NCBI GenBank assembly: GCA_028282585.1
Contig: JANQHR010000011.1
Coordinates: forward strand, 1-64,000
Length of the DNA stretch: 64,000 nucleotides
From: Bacteroidales bacterium
Lineage (GTDB): Bacteria; Bacteroidota; Bacteroidia; Bacteroidales; UBA12077
Direction: 5' to 3'
The notes under the pieces were generated by a model that worked only from the letters and a program-made list of their open reading frames with translations, did no database searches and was not told the DNA's origin. A program made the translations under genes and the position numbers. Positions within the stretch are counted from its first letter, which is position 1. Each line of letters opens with the position of its first letter. Positions 1 to 10,379 of the stretch are shown here, one piece after another.

Positions 1-1
1 T

Positions 2-529
2 GATGCTTCAGTTAACAATGGCAATGGTACTTATTCATGGGGCCACAATGGTACGGGAGTATTAACCAATGGAACAACATTAACCCCGACTTATACAGCT
101 GCCGCAGGTGATGCAGGCAATACAGTTACCTTAACCTTAACGGCAGGTGGCAATGGAGATTGCCCACAGGATATCGACCAGATGGATATAGCAATTGCAG
201 CGGCTGTAGTAGCTGATGCAGGCTCTGATGCTAACATTTGCGAGACAAGTTTTTATACCGTTAATGATGCATCAGTAAGCAATGGCAATGGCACTTACTT
301 ATGGACCCATAATGGTACAGGAGTTTTAACTAATGAAACCACACTTACTCCAACTTATACAGCAGCCGCAGGTGACGTAGGCAATATTGTTACTTTAACC
401 TTAGTAGCAGATGGAAATGCAGATTGTGCGCAGGGAATTGATCAAATGGAAATTACAGTTACAATTTCTCCAACCGCATATGCAGGAGCAGATAGTCTAT
501 TATGTTATGGTTCCTCCTATTATGTTCAG
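2..529 (+). repeat. Two tandem 264-bp (88-aa) intragenic repeat units, with a more diverged third copy following
   Basis: DASV(N/S)NGNGTY.W.HNGTGVLTN.TTLTPTYTAAAGD begins at base 2 and again at base 266; the copies align at DNA level. Confidence 0.85.
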
Positions 530-3500
530 GATGCTGATTCAACCAATAGTTCTGGATCAGTAAGTTGGTCAACAGATGGAGGAGATGGTACTTTTGATAA
601 TAATGGACTAATTGATCCAACTTATACTCCGGGAGCAGGAGATTTATTAAATGGTTATGTGGATCTGGTATTAACTGTAAATGGTGTTGCGCCATGTTCA
701 AATATAACCGATACAGTTCGTATAACTTATTTATCTGAAATTATTGCATCTATAGGTAAACCAACTCCTTACTTTATTGATTCAGCATCAACACATATTG
801 GTGTTTATGTTAAAATTGATGGGCATAGATTTTTAGGTAATCTTGGCGTTTATTTAGTTTCTCCATTAGATTCTGTAGTAGAGTTAAAACCATATTGTAC
901 AGTTATTCCAGGTCCTCAACAAGATGCGACTTGGGAATTTTTTAATGATTCACTTTCCTTTAGCTCAATAAGTAGTTGTAGTCCGGTAACAGGAAAATAT
1001 TTATTTAACGATGATTGGAAGGAAAAGCTACACGGACAAGATCCTGCAAATGGAGCGTGGAGAATACGTGTTGGAAATAATGATAATATTGTAAATGGTG
1101 ATATTGAGGAAGCTACAGTTACATTTTCTGATACTAATTATAATGGAATATATGAAAGCATATTGTATGCAGATTCGAGCATAAATAGAACAATTGGGCC
1201 AGGAACCTTATTAGTACCAGATATTACTGAAATAGTTCTTCCTATAACGGGCTTAACTACATCTTGTTTTGGTGAATGCGATGCAAAAGCGGTAGTTACA
1301 GCATCAGGAGGTCTTTTCCCATATACTTGGTATGAGTGGAGTCAATTTAAAGATTTTAGTACAATTTATTTAGAAGGTGCAACAGCTGATACTGCAGAAT
1401 TATGCGCAGGTACATTCTATGTGCGTGTTACTGATTCTAACGGTTGTATAGGAATAGATTCAATTACGGTTAGCGAACCTCCAGAAATAGTAATTACTAA
1501 TCGTACAATTGTAAATAATACGTGTTATGGCGATTCTATAGGGGAGGTAACACTTGAATTTAGCGGAGGCACAGGTGCTTTAACTTATACTCATGATAAA
1601 TATACTGGAGCTCCCAAAAATAGTGGTGAAACCTTCGACGAATTGAAAGCTGATGCATATACATTCACAATTACAGACGCTTCAGGTTGTACAAAAGATA
1701 CAATTATTAATATAACTGAAGGTACTGAAATTAATATTTCATATAGCATAACTCCAATAACATGCCATGATGCCGCAGATGGAGAAATTGATATAAGTGC
1801 TTCGGGAGGAACAGGACCATACGGTTATTCAATTGCGGAAACACTAGATTTTTCCAATACAACTGGACTATTCGCTCCGCTGGATTCAGGATATTTGTAT
1901 ATTGCTGTTGAAGATGCATTGGGTTGTATTAAATATGGAGATACTATTTATTTGGCAAATCCGGATACGATTTCAATAGATGCAATTGAAATGATCCCAA
2001 CCTCATGTATTGGAGGTGGAAACGATGGACAAATAGTTGTGACTACTTCAGGAGGAGTTGGACCAATTGGAATTTCTACGGATGGAATAACATATCAATA
2101 TGGTAATGATACAATCAAAGGATTACCCGTTGGTGATACAACCATTTACGTAAGAGACGATTGTGAGATAAAAATGCTTGATTCTTTAGTTACTGTAACT
2201 GGTCCGGTACCTATAGAGATTGATTCAGTTGTTGTAAGTGATGTCGCAACTTGTTTTGGTGATGCATCCGGGGAAATAACAGTATATGCTAAAGGTGGTA
2301 CAGGTAACTTTACATATTTAATAGATGGAGTTCCTAATACTCCACCAAATGATAATGTATTTACAAATATTTCTTCCGGCTCATATATTATTAGTGTTGA
2401 GGATGATGATGGTTGCACGGGGCCTGATAGTACTGCTATTGTAGATGAACCAACTCAAGTAGTTATAACAGGATTAACTGTGACTCATACCTCGGAGTGT
2501 AATAATCCGCAAAATGTTGGAATAATCTCATTTAATGGTTCAGGAGGAACACCTGGTTATAGCTATACAATTATTAGGGAAAGCGATATGGTGTCAACAA
2601 CAAACCCAGGAGTTGGGTTATTTGAAAATTTACAAGTAGATAACTATATAATTTATGTAACTGATTTTAATGGATGTACATCAGCTCAAACAGATACAGC
2701 AATTATTTTAAATCCTGCAATGAGTATAGATGCCGATTCAATACCTATAACTTGTTTTGGCGATGAAAATGGGGCAGCTTTTGTAAATATTGCTGATAGT
2801 ACAGGATCTGTTATATATAATTGGACTGGTCCGAATGGTTTTTCTTCTACGAGTGATACAGTTAAAAACTTAGAACCTGGAACATATTATGTGACCGTTA
2901 CAGATAGTAATTCACCGAATAGCTGCGTTGAAACGGATTCTGTATTATTAGAAAACCCGGAGGATTTTAAAATTATACTTGATCCGAAACCAGTATATTG
3001 TATAAATAGTTTCCCTATAGATGTTGATGCTGCAAAAGGATATATTAATCCTGGTGTATCAGGTGGCACGGGAGAACTTAGCTATGAATGGGCAGGACCA
3101 AATAGTTTTAGCGCATCTACCGAATTTATAGATGGTTTGGAAGCTGGTACATATTTCTTAACAATAACAGATGAAGCAGGATGTGATACGATTGTTGATG
3201 AGACCGTTTCAGAAAGCTACGATTACGACATAACTGATTTATCTGTGAGCTTTAAAGATTTAAGTGTTTGTTGGAATGAACCTGTTGAAATTACTTTAAA
3301 CTATAATGGAAATGCAGATACCGTAAATTATAGAATTGGAATTTACGACCCGGATCTTGGAGGCTATTTTTATGATGATGATGCAGAAAAAACTCAGCAA
3401 ATAGTTATCCAACCATTTGTAACTTATCATTATATCTCTGAACAAGCTGCATTTGATCGGTTCCAGGTTGAAAATGATTATTGTAGAGATTATGAGACTG

Positions 3501-4075
3501 GCTTTATAGAGGTAGAATATTTCCCAAGTTTTAATTTAGATATTTCAGACATAGAAGGAAACGTAGGTGATACGATTTTCTTAAAAGGAGCAAGAGAAGG
3601 GCAACTTTTTGCAAATGTTATAGATGCTTCAAATATTACATTCCAGTGGTTTGAAGCAGGTATTCCTATATCACAGTCAGATGTTCAAATATTAAATATA
3701 TCTCCTGATTCTTCCGCAACTTATACTGTTGCAGCGACATCAACGGATGAATGTACTGATACAACTACTGTATATCTGGAATTTATACCAGCAATTTCTC
3801 CTAATGAAGGATTTACTCCAAATGGTGATGGAATAAACGATTATTGGAACGTTAAATTTATCGACAAGTTTCCAAATAACGTTGTGACAATATATAACAG
3901 ATGGGGTGTTAAAGTATTTGAGCAAAAGGGCTATAATAATGATGATGATAATAAAAGGTGGGATGGTACGGCTAAAAATGGTAAAGAACTTGCCAGTGGA
4001 ACATATTATTATGTAATAATATTAAATGAAGAAGGTTTCAATCCGATTACAGGACCTATAACAATAATTCGATAG
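2..4075 (+). CDS. Large SprB-like T9SS surface protein (tandem Ig/PKD-like repeats, P-domain-like insert, SprB repeats, type B gliding-motility CTD); 5' end lies outside the window
   Basis: Frame is open from base 2 (DASVNNGNGTYSW...). Repeated C-x-G-x-x-D-G...SGG(T/V)xxY motifs. C-terminus PNEGFTPNGDGINDYW...IYNRWG...WDG...GTYYYVI. Directly followed by a porP-family gene. Confidence 0.9.
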   Translation, partial: DASVNNGNGTYSWGHNGTGVLTNGTTLTPTYTAAAGDAGNTVTLTLTAGGNGDCPQDIDQMDIAIAAAVVADAGSDANICETSFYTVNDASVSNGNGTYLWTHNGTGVLTNETTLTPTYTAAAGDVGNIVTLTLVADGNADCAQGIDQMEITVTISPTAYAGADSLLCYGSSYYVQDADSTNSSGSVSWSTDGGDGTFDNNGLIDPTYTPGAGDLLNGYVDLVLTVNGVAPCSNITDTVRITYLSEIIASIGKPTPYFIDSASTHIGVYVKIDGHRFLGNLGVYLVSPLDSVVELKPYCTVIPGPQQDATWEFFNDSLSFSSISSCSPVTGKYLFNDDWKEKLHGQDPANGAWRIRVGNNDNIVNGDIEEATVTFSDTNYNGIYESILYADSSINRTIGPGTLLVPDITEIVLPITGLTTSCFGECDAKAVVTASGGLFPYTWYEWSQFKDFSTIYLEGATADTAELCAGTFYVRVTDSNGCIGIDSITVSEPPEIVITNRTIVNNTCYGDSIGEVTLEFSGGTGALTYTHDKYTGAPKNSGETFDELKADAYTFTITDASGCTKDTIINITEGTEINISYSITPITCHDAADGEIDISASGGTGPYGYSIAETLDFSNTTGLFAPLDSGYLYIAVEDALGCIKYGDTIYLANPDTISIDAIEMIPTSCIGGGNDGQIVVTTSGGVGPIGISTDGITYQYGNDTIKGLPVGDTTIYVRDDCEIKMLDSLVTVTGPVPIEIDSVVVSDVATCFGDASGEITVYAKGGTGNFTYLIDGVPNTPPNDNVFTNISSGSYIISVEDDDGCTGPDSTAIVDEPTQVVITGLTVTHTSECNNPQNVGIISFNGSGGTPGYSYTIIRESDMVSTTNPGVGLFENLQVDNYIIYVTDFNGCTSAQTDTAIILNPAMSIDADSIPITCFGDENGAAFVNIADSTGSVIYNWTGPNGFSSTSDTVKNLEPGTYYVTVTDSNSPNSCVETDSVLLENPEDFKIILDPKPVYCINSFPIDVDAAKGYINPGVSGGTGELSYEWAGPNSFSASTEFIDGLEAGTYFLTITDEAGCDTIVDETVSESYDYDITDLSVSFKDLSVCWNEPVEITLNYNGNADTVNYRIGIYDPDLGGYFYDDDAEKTQQIVIQPFVTYHYISEQAAFDRFQVENDYCRDYETGFIEVEYFPSFNLDISDIEGNVGDTIFLKGAREGQLFANVIDASNITFQWFEAGIPISQSDVQILNISPDSSATYTVAATSTDECTDTTTVYLEFIPAISPNEGFTPNGDGINDYWNVKFIDKFPNNVVTIYNRWGVKVFEQKGYNNDDDNKRWDGTAKNGKELASGTYYYVIILNEEGFNPITGPITIIR

Positions 4076-4076
4076 T

Positions 4077-4991
4077 ATGAAAAAATTAAAATTCACGATA
4101 TTAATTGCTTTATGTGTGGTGTTTGTAAACAAAACAAACGCACAGCAAGCACCATACTATACGCAATATATGTTTAATGATTACTTGGTAAACCCAGCTG
4201 TTGCCGGAACATATAACTACTTTAAAATCACAGCAAATCAGCGTATCCAGTGGATAGGAATTAATGATTCACCAAGAACAATGAGCCTTTCAGGATATGG
4301 ACCATTTAAAAGTCGAGATATGGGTTATGGAGGTTATATTTATAATGATGTTACCGGTCCAGAAAGTAGGCTCTCATTGGGTGGTTCATATGCATATAAT
4401 ATAGCAATTAATGATGAGTGGAGAATTTCCGGGGGTTTAACAGTTGGAATAATGCAATACAAACTTGATGGTAGTGCTATGTACATTGATGAGGAATCAA
4501 GAAATGACCCGGCTCTTCCGGAAGGAGTACAATCGAAAATTATTCCTGACGCAAGTGTTGGTGTTTATGCATATACGACATATTATTTTGTTGGATTATC
4601 TGCACACCAATTATTAGGAAACAAATATAGCTTGCATGAACAAACAGACTCAATTCAAGGAATTAGTAGATTGACACAGCATGTTTATCTGGCGGGAGGT
4701 GCTAATTTTATTCTAAATAGAGATTTTTTAATTACTCCTTCTGCTTTAATTAAATATTCAAGCCCGGGTCAGATACAAGCTGAAATAAATGCTAAAGTTA
4801 CTTATCAAAGAATGGCGTGGGCTGCACTTGCATTTAGAACGGGTGATGCAATTTCAATCATGGGAGGATATAACTATGAAAATAGAATTCTAATTGGTAT
4901 TGCGTACGATCTTACAATTTCTGATCTAAGAAGGTATTCTAACGGAACCATAGAAGTAATGGTTGGCTATAATTTTAATAAGATAAAGTAA
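4077..4991 (+). CDS. PorP/SprF family T9SS membrane protein
   Basis: QQAPYYTQYMFN..VNPAVAG, R.QW.GI..SP.T, C-terminal YD.TIS.L...SNGT.E; adjacent to a type B CTD protein. Confidence 0.92.
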   Translation: MKKLKFTILIALCVVFVNKTNAQQAPYYTQYMFNDYLVNPAVAGTYNYFKITANQRIQWIGINDSPRTMSLSGYGPFKSRDMGYGGYIYNDVTGPESRLSLGGSYAYNIAINDEWRISGGLTVGIMQYKLDGSAMYIDEESRNDPALPEGVQSKIIPDASVGVYAYTTYYFVGLSAHQLLGNKYSLHEQTDSIQGISRLTQHVYLAGGANFILNRDFLITPSALIKYSSPGQIQAEINAKVTYQRMAWAALAFRTGDAISIMGGYNYENRILIGIAYDLTISDLRRYSNGTIEVMVGYNFNKIK

Positions 4992-5010
4992 TATATTTTA
5001 CATAATTTTG

Positions 5011-5038
5011 ATACCGGCAAATTGCCGGTATTTTTATT
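5011..5038 (+). terminator. Rho-independent terminator
   Basis: ATACCGGCAA-A-TTGCCGGTAT hairpin followed by a T tract. Confidence 0.75.
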
Positions 5039-5055
5039 TAAATTAAAGGTTAAAT

Positions 5056-5427
5056 ATGAAAAACTTTATATTAATACTTATAGCAATTTTTATTTTTTCC
5101 TGTGGTCAGGATAAAAAGGTTCCAGATTATGTTATTCCTCAAAGTGATATGATAAATATTGTAATTGATATTCACCTAACGGATGGTTTGTTAACGGTTA
5201 AGGAGGTAAGGAGAGATTTGACCAGTAAAGATTCGATAAATTATTATGATGCAATATTTAATAATTATGGTTATAGCAGAACGGATTTTGATACTTCTGT
5301 TTATTACTATAGTAAGAATATTAATAAATATGATCAGATTTACGCAGAAGTGTTAAACCGGCTTAATGAAATGGAGACCGAACTAATTCAAGAAGAAAAT
5401 AAAGAAAATGTAGAAATTGAAGATTAA
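5056..5427 (+). CDS. DUF4296 family lipoprotein
   Basis: Lipobox IFSC; IPQSDM..I..DIHL.DG...F..S..YY...Y..IY..V..RL pattern. Confidence 0.8.
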   Translation: MKNFILILIAIFIFSCGQDKKVPDYVIPQSDMINIVIDIHLTDGLLTVKEVRRDLTSKDSINYYDAIFNNYGYSRTDFDTSVYYYSKNINKYDQIYAEVLNRLNEMETELIQEENKENVEIED

Positions 5428-5446
5428 CTGGCAAGCTTAATTGATA

Positions 5447-6625
5447 ATGCGTAGATTATCAGCAAATTATATATACCCAATTAATCAACCTCCGCTCAAA
5501 AATGGTATCATAGAAATAGACCAGGAAGGAGTAATTAAGAAAATCATCGATACACGGGGAGAGCTTAGAGAATCTCGAAACCTTGAATTCTTTAACGGAG
5601 TAATTACACCTGGTTTTATAAATTCTCATTGTCATTTAGAACTTTCGTATTTAAAGGATAAAATAACAAAAAAAAGAGGGCTTCCCAGTTTTCTCGAAGA
5701 AATAATAATGAATAAAGAAGAGAAGAATCATATATTATTAAATTCAATTAAAATATATGATTCAGAAATGAGAAGGCTTGGAATTGTTGCGGTCGGAGAT
5801 ATATCAAACACGAATTACACTATACAAATAAAAAAAGAAAGTAACATATATTATCATACGTTTATAGAATGTTTGGGACTGAAAGATGATGCTGTTGAAA
5901 TTTTTGAAAAAAATAAATTATTGCATCAATCATTTGTAAATAATGGATTAATTGGTTCTATTGCTCCTCATGCACCTTACTCTGTTTCCAAAGAGCTTTT
6001 TCTATATATAAAGGAGCTGGCAGAGGAACAAAACGCTATAATTACAATTCATAACCAGGAGAGTAATTCTGAAAAAGAAATGTTTGTTTCGGGTACTGGA
6101 AAACTTATCAACATATTTAAGAAAGTGGGAGTTGATATGGGATCGTTTAAATCAACCGGAAAAAACTCCATCTCATCTATTCAAAATTTATTACCTAAGC
6201 AAAATCATATATTATTTGTGCATAATACTTTTTCTACCAAAGAAGATGTTGAATTGATTAAGCAAAGTTTTGAAAATGCTTTTTGGTGTTTATGCCCTTT
6301 ATCCAATTTAAACCTGGAAGATCGATTGCCGGATATGGATATTTTCAAAAAAATGCCAAGAGTTACATTAGGAACCGATAGCCTTGCTTCCAACGATTGT
6401 TTATCAATTTTAGAAGAAATGAAAGTTATTAACCAACACTATCCGGATGTAAGCTTTGATAAATTAATTAAATGGTCTACAATAAATGGGGCAGAAGCTT
6501 TAAAAATTGATGATAGGTTTGGAAGTCTGGAAACAGGCAAATCTCCTGGGATAAACTTAATAACCAATTTTGATTTTGATAAAATGCAAATATCGGCAAA
6601 AAGTGAGGTTAAAGTTTTAACTTAA
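5447..6625 (+). CDS. Metal-dependent amidohydrolase/deaminase (MtaD/SsnA-like)
   Basis: PGFINSHCHLE, PHAPYS, HNQES and GTDS motifs; ATG at 5447. Confidence 0.85.
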   Translation: MRRLSANYIYPINQPPLKNGIIEIDQEGVIKKIIDTRGELRESRNLEFFNGVITPGFINSHCHLELSYLKDKITKKRGLPSFLEEIIMNKEEKNHILLNSIKIYDSEMRRLGIVAVGDISNTNYTIQIKKESNIYYHTFIECLGLKDDAVEIFEKNKLLHQSFVNNGLIGSIAPHAPYSVSKELFLYIKELAEEQNAIITIHNQESNSEKEMFVSGTGKLINIFKKVGVDMGSFKSTGKNSISSIQNLLPKQNHILFVHNTFSTKEDVELIKQSFENAFWCLCPLSNLNLEDRLPDMDIFKKMPRVTLGTDSLASNDCLSILEEMKVINQHYPDVSFDKLIKWSTINGAEALKIDDRFGSLETGKSPGINLITNFDFDKMQISAKSEVKVLT

Positions 6626-7047
6626 CTTATTCCCTTAGATTTCAAATAATCTACCGCTTCTTTATCATATTTTAGAATATGCTCATCAAACCAATACTCC
6701 AAATATTTGTAAATTTCCAAACATAAATTTGGTTTATTGCTTTCCACATCCTTTTGAAACTGTATAATTCTTTCAATAAACTGCTTATGCTCTTCTTTAT
6801 GCTGATCAAAGTTAGGATATTTTAGATCTTTAAGATAAATCTCTTCTTTAATGAAATAATGATCAATGAAATAAGCCAACTGAAAAAATATATCAGAAAC
6901 ATTGTCCTTACATGTACTTCCATTTATAATTACTTTCAATTCGTTAATTATATCAAGTAATTTCTTGTGTTGCTCGTCTATAATACCAATGTTTACATTA
7001 TATTTATCTTTCCATTGATACGGTTCAGGATTTACTATATTTTTCAT
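6622..7047 (-). CDS. Bacteriohemerythrin
   Basis: W...Y.V.I..IDEQHKKL, F.KEE, YP....HKEEH..F, W...HI...D. Confidence 0.88.
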   Translation of the reverse strand: MKNIVNPEPYQWKDKYNVNIGIIDEQHKKLLDIINELKVIINGSTCKDNVSDIFFQLAYFIDHYFIKEEIYLKDLKYPNFDQHKEEHKQFIERIIQFQKDVESNKPNLCLEIYKYLEYWFDEHILKYDKEAVDYLKSKGIS

Positions 7048-7096
7048 GTGCACCTTTTTATCAGTTTACAAATTTAGACCGATGCAAATTAAATAA

Positions 7097-7112
7097 AATG
7101 ATAATTATCATT
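7097..7112. promoter_or_regulatory. Perfect palindrome AATGATAATTATCATT (Crp/Fnr-like TGA-N6-TCA or Fur-like site) in the divergent hemerythrin/glycosyltransferase spacer
   Basis: 16-bp perfect palindrome; a minus-strand TAAATTTG -7 element lies at 7069-7076. Confidence 0.55.
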
Positions 7113-7225
7113 ATATCAGCAATGTACCAGAATTAGCGCAAAATAGAATAATTATAGTTCTTATTTAATTTCATTATAAATCGATCAGTGAAATTCTTAT
7201 ACTAATTTTGACTAAAAGATCTTGA

Positions 7226-8323
7226 ATGAGTTATAAAAATAGAGTTTTGATTTGTCCTCTTAATTGGGGATTGGGGCACGCTACTAGAGATGTGCCAATA
7301 ATTCAAAAGTTTATTAATTTGGATTTTGAAGTAATCATTGCTGCAGATGGAATCTCTTACGATTATTTAAAGAAAGAATTTCCTGCGCTTACATTTATTG
7401 TCTTACCGGGATATAGAGTGGAGTATTCAAAATGGAATTCACAATTAGTTAGAATGTTAATGCTAATTCCAAAAATCTTTTATTGGACATTTAAAGAGTA
7501 TCTCTTATTAAAAAGTATCGTCTCAGATTATAATATAGATATCATAGTTTCTGATAACAGGTTTGGATTACGAAACAGACATACATATAATATCTTTATT
7601 ACACATCAACTAAAGGTAAAGTTTCCAGGGGTTTTAAGATTATTTGAACTTATATACCAAAATATATCTAACGTATTTATAAAAAAATTTGATGAGTGTT
7701 GGGTTCCTGATTTTGAAGGAGAGTCCAATTTATCAGGAGAGTTATCTCATACAAAAAATAGTAAAATATCGAATATTTACTTTGTTAATCCATTATCCCG
7801 TTTTTTAAAACAAGAAACTATAATTAATAAAGATATTGATATATTGTTTATTTTATCAGGACCTGAGCCTCAAAGAAGTATATTGGAAAAGATTATTGAG
7901 GAGCAATCTATCAACACAAATTTGCAAATGGTACTTGTAAGAGGCTCAAATACCGAAACGCAAGTTGAGTTTGAAGGCAGGGTTATTAATGTAGCTGATA
8001 CATCTAGCTTAAATAGTTTATTATTAAGGTCTAATCTTGTAATTTGTCGTTCAGGTTATACGTCGGTAATGGATTTATTTATACTCGAAAAAAATGCTGT
8101 ATTAGTACCAACACCAGGGCAAACTGAGCAAGAGTATCTAGCTAAATATCTTAATAATAAAGGTTTTTTTTACAGCATGAAACAAAAGGAATTTAGTTTG
8201 AAAAAAGCAATTGAGAATATTGTTAAATGCCCAAAAATAGAAGTAGATATAAAGGATTTACTTCACCGAAGGATTGAAATATTAAAGCAGAATTATAACA
8301 ACAGGCGTTATTACACCCATTAA
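7226..8323 (+). CDS. GT-B glycosyltransferase (GT28/MurG-like C-terminal domain)
   Basis: PLNWGLGHATR, SDNRFG, SGPEPQR, CRSGYTSVMD, PTPGQTEQEYLA. Confidence 0.85.
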   Translation: MSYKNRVLICPLNWGLGHATRDVPIIQKFINLDFEVIIAADGISYDYLKKEFPALTFIVLPGYRVEYSKWNSQLVRMLMLIPKIFYWTFKEYLLLKSIVSDYNIDIIVSDNRFGLRNRHTYNIFITHQLKVKFPGVLRLFELIYQNISNVFIKKFDECWVPDFEGESNLSGELSHTKNSKISNIYFVNPLSRFLKQETIINKDIDILFILSGPEPQRSILEKIIEEQSINTNLQMVLVRGSNTETQVEFEGRVINVADTSSLNSLLLRSNLVICRSGYTSVMDLFILEKNAVLVPTPGQTEQEYLAKYLNNKGFFYSMKQKEFSLKKAIENIVKCPKIEVDIKDLLHRRIEILKQNYNNRRYYTH

Positions 8324-8890
8324 CCAACCTAAATAAATTTGATAATGATTATGAGCTTTCAGTACTAATCTTGAATAACCAATTATTCCTGAAGCTATAA
8401 CCGAGGCTATAATATAATATTCCAAATTCACACCTAATCGAAAGGATACAGCTATTAAAACACCTGTTAGCCCTCCGATTCCTGTCATATGGGCACTAAT
8501 TTTCCATTTAAAAGATGTAAGAAATAGTATCCCAACCGTAATAGAAGCCGATAAAATAAATCTTGTAATAGTTTCAGGAGCTCCTATTTTAATTGCTATT
8601 AAATAATAACTTAAAACATATAACACAAAAGTGACAAAAAAAGGTAGCAGCCTTTCCTTATTACTTTCCATATGAATATTTTTTATTATCCTTTGAAAAA
8701 TAAAAAAAGGAACAAAAGTTAATGGTAAAACAAAAGTACAAACTATGATTATCAGTAAGTATATCTTTTTATAATTATAAGGTAAGAATTCCAATGTAGA
8801 TCCGGAATTATATAAAATATAAATAGCTATTGTCGGCAACAAAAGAGGATGGAATAGTATTGAAAATATTTTTGCAAGAGTTTTATCCAT
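8282..8890 (-). CDS. Conserved membrane protein (PAP2-superfamily-like)
   Basis: Multiple TM segments; HPLL, KISAH, SRL.LKAH motifs. Probable start is MDKTLAK at 8890, immediately after rpoN. Confidence 0.7.
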   Translation of the reverse strand: MDKTLAKIFSILFHPLLLPTIAIYILYNSGSTLEFLPYNYKKIYLLIIIVCTFVLPLTFVPFFIFQRIIKNIHMESNKERLLPFFVTFVLYVLSYYLIAIKIGAPETITRFILSASITVGILFLTSFKWKISAHMTGIGGLTGVLIAVSFRLGVNLEYYIIASVIASGIIGYSRLVLKAHNHYQIYLGWLMGVITPVVIILL

Positions 8891-8891
8891 A

Positions 8892-10349
8892 CTAAAGTTC
8901 TTTTCTAAGCCGTGCAACGGGAATATTAAGTTGTTCACGGTATTTAGCTACCGTTCTTCTGGCAATTTTGTAGCCCTTTTCTTTCAAAATTTCAGTAAGT
9001 TTATCATCTGTTAAAGGTTTTTTCTTATCCTCACCGTCAATACATTCTTTTAGGATAGATTTTATTTCTCTTGTAGAAACTTCCTCTCCTGATTCAGTTT
9101 GTAATCCTTCAGAGAAAAAATATTTTAAAGAATAAATCCCGAAATGAGTTTGAATATACTTGCTATTCGCAACACGCGAAATTGTTGATATATCAAGACC
9201 AGTTTTTTCTGCAATATCTTTTAAAATCATTGGCTTTAATTTTGCCTCATCTCCTTCCTTAAAATACTCATACTGGTATTCTATGATTGCATTCATAGTT
9301 AATAGCAAAGTATTTTGTCTTTGTTTAATGGCATCGATAAACCATTTAGCAGAATCTAACTTTTGTTTAACAAATGATATTGCTTCTTTATCACCTTTGG
9401 TTTTTTCGTTTTTACTTTTACTTGTATAAGATTGAAGCATTTCTGTATAAGTATAGCTTAATCTTAAATCAGGAACATTACGTGCGTTTAAAGATAATTG
9501 TAATTCTCCGTCATTATTTTCAAGAATAAAATCAGGCACCAGAGTTTGAATTACTTGCGATGTAGCAGAAAAACTGCTCCCTGGTCTGGGATTAAGTTTT
9601 AATATCTCATTGATGGAAACTTTTAGTTCTTCTTCAGAAATATTTAATCGTGTAACAATTTTCTCGTAGTGTTTTTTTGTAAATTCGTTAAAATAATATT
9701 TCAGAATTTTCCAGGCTAAATCAATTTCTGGATTTTCCCTATCCCGATTCTGAATTTGAATTAGCAGACACTCTTGAAGATGTCTTGCTCCAACACCCGC
9801 AGGTTCTAAATCCTGAACTATTCTTAATACTTCAAGTAACTCATCTTCGTCGGTATCAATATTTTGAGAAAATGCTAAATCATTAGCAATTGCTTCTAAT
9901 TTTCGTCTAACATAACCATCATCGTCCAAATTTCCAATTAGATAAGTAGCTAGCACTTCCTCCTTTTCTGTTAGATTTCTAAGTCCCAATTGATTTTGGA
10001 GATGTTCATGAAAAGATATCCCAACTGAGAAAGGGATATCTTCTTTTTTATCATCTTTTGAATAATTGTTTGCAGTTAATTTATAAGAAGGAATATCTTC
10101 ATCATTAATGTAATCGTCTAAAGAAAATTCATCCAGATCATTATCTAAATTATCTTCCGTTATTTCTTCTTCTCCACTATCATTAAACAGATCTTCTTCT
10201 TTTCCTTCTTCCAACACAGGATTTTCCTCTAGCTCCTTCTTAATTCTTTGCTCAAGCTGTATAGTTGGTATTTCCAACAGCTTAATCATTTGAATTTGCT
10301 GAGGCGAAAGCTTTTGTAATAATTTTTGTTGTAAACTTTGCTTTAACAT
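8892..10349 (-). CDS. rpoN: RNA polymerase sigma-54 factor
   Basis: Q/L-rich region I (LQQKLSPQQIQ), PAGVGAR, STISR, RpoN box ARRTVAKYRE. Confidence 0.98.
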   Translation of the reverse strand: MLKQSLQQKLLQKLSPQQIQMIKLLEIPTIQLEQRIKKELEENPVLEEGKEEDLFNDSGEEEITEDNLDNDLDEFSLDDYINDEDIPSYKLTANNYSKDDKKEDIPFSVGISFHEHLQNQLGLRNLTEKEEVLATYLIGNLDDDGYVRRKLEAIANDLAFSQNIDTDEDELLEVLRIVQDLEPAGVGARHLQECLLIQIQNRDRENPEIDLAWKILKYYFNEFTKKHYEKIVTRLNISEEELKVSINEILKLNPRPGSSFSATSQVIQTLVPDFILENNDGELQLSLNARNVPDLRLSYTYTEMLQSYTSKSKNEKTKGDKEAISFVKQKLDSAKWFIDAIKQRQNTLLLTMNAIIEYQYEYFKEGDEAKLKPMILKDIAEKTGLDISTISRVANSKYIQTHFGIYSLKYFFSEGLQTESGEEVSTREIKSILKECIDGEDKKKPLTDDKLTEILKEKGYKIARRTVAKYREQLNIPVARLRKEL

Positions 10350-10379
10350 ATCCCGTGCAAAATATTTGCTTAAATTTAA

